The position numbers and the translations under genes were made by a program. This document shows positions 56,263 through 56,858 of a DNA stretch of 56,858 bases, one piece after another. The notes beneath the pieces are model-generated. The model was not told where the DNA came from, searched no databases, and saw only the letters and a list, made by a program, of their open reading frames with translations. How positions within the stretch are numbered: the stretch's first letter is position 1; the number at the start of each line of letters is the position of its first letter. This DNA is from Chloroflexaceae bacterium (lineage in GTDB: Bacteria > Chloroflexota > Chloroflexia > Chloroflexales > Chloroflexaceae), in assembly GCA_046719255.1 (NCBI GenBank), contig JBDNDG010000001.1, positions 1 to 56,858 of the forward strand. The letters run 5' to 3'.

Positions 56263-56293
56263 TTGGCACACAGCACGGCAACCGTGCTAGAAT
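56263..56293 (+). promoter_or_regulatory. candidate promoter TTGGCA-19-TAGAAT with extended -10 TGc
   Basis: Seen directly, 96 nt upstream of the pspA ATG. Confidence 0.4.
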
Positions 56294-56388
56294 GTCAGAG
56301 GCTTTCTGTCAGACCAGCTTCAACCCTGGACGAGGTACGGTTCATACAACGGCATTCGATATGGCCCGGTCGCAAGAAGGAGTTGACG

Positions 56389-56858
56389 ATGTCCATCCTG
56401 AGCCGCATCAGTGATCTGATCAGCGCCAACGTCAATGCGATGCTCGACAAAGCCGAGGATCCGGAAAAGATGGCAAACGAGTACCTGCGCCAGCTCACCA
56501 ACGAACTGTACGAGGTGCGGACCGGCGTGGCCGCGGCGATGGCCGATGAAACCAGGCTTGAGCAGCGCCGCATCGCCAGCCAGGCCGAGGTAACCCAGTG
56601 GGAGTCGAAGGCCGAGGCCGCTCTACGCGCGGGCGACGAAGAACTTGCCAGAGCCGCGCTCGCCCGGAAGGTTCAGGCCCAGAAGCTGGCCGAACAGTAC
56701 CTGGCCCAGGAGAAAGCCCAGGAAGAGCAGGTCAACGCTATGCAGGAGGCCCTGGTGCAACTCGAGACCCGCATTGCCGAGGTGCGGGCCAAGAAGGAAT
56801 TGATCATCGCCAAGAAGAACCGCGCCCAGACCCAGGAGGCCCTGCAGCGCACCGCCCA
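56389..56858 (+). CDS. pspA: PspA/IM30 (Vipp1) family protein, 3'-truncated by the window edge
   Basis: Not in the ORF track because no stop falls inside the window. AAGGAG lies 7 nt before the ATG. Starts 'MSILSRISDLISANVNAMLDKAEDPEKMANEYLRQL', the canonical PspA N-terminus, followed by coiled coil. Confidence 0.85.
   Translation, partial: MSILSRISDLISANVNAMLDKAEDPEKMANEYLRQLTNELYEVRTGVAAAMADETRLEQRRIASQAEVTQWESKAEAALRAGDEELARAALARKVQAQKLAEQYLAQEKAQEEQVNAMQEALVQLETRIAEVRAKKELIIAKKNRAQTQEALQRTA

Noticed and set aside
56264-56280. A sigma54 promoter for pspA (a TGGCAC motif).
   Set aside because: The -24 element TGGCAC is present, but the required -12 TTGC five nucleotides downstream is ACGG. 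No PspF-like activator is nearby. An extended -10 sigma70-type element fits better.

Overview
This is a high-GC (roughly 65%) bacterial chromosomal segment. Gene content and repeat style suggest a filamentous Chloroflexota genome (Roseiflexus/Chloroflexus-like), but that is inference and no search was run.

Most of the window is core housekeeping. Recognisable genes include pccB-type carboxyltransferase, aspS, polA, mgtE, rocF arginase, sbcC, dnaK, nadD, rsmG, a cobB-type sirtuin, an aspartate aminotransferase, tRNA-Ser(CGA) and a 3'-truncated pspA. They are interleaved with signalling and envelope genes.

All domain calls were made by eye from sequence motifs.

Features not explained by ordinary annotation:
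1. A very abundant composite palindromic repeat family fills almost every intergenic gap (over 20 copies).
2. A 1-kb polA/mgtE spacer carries a consensus promoter, an internal intrinsic terminator and a uORF overlapping the mgtE start. No M-box motifs are visible.
3. A response-regulator/Pro-rich/Roadblock-LC7 fusion sits next to an eroded two-component pair and an IS630-like remnant.
4. A translationally coupled pair of RsbW-like kinases lies with one STAS antagonist and no sigma factor or phosphatase.
5. A 318-bp-period duplicated module (perfect 56-nt repeat) carries 15-16 bp hairpins and canonical G-quadruplex motifs.
6. A ~50% GC lipoprotein islet.
7. An orphan, motif-permuted methyltransferase with an unusual HPPY motif.

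Many long ORFs in the track are antisense or GC-shadow ORFs, or run through repeats, and were not called.
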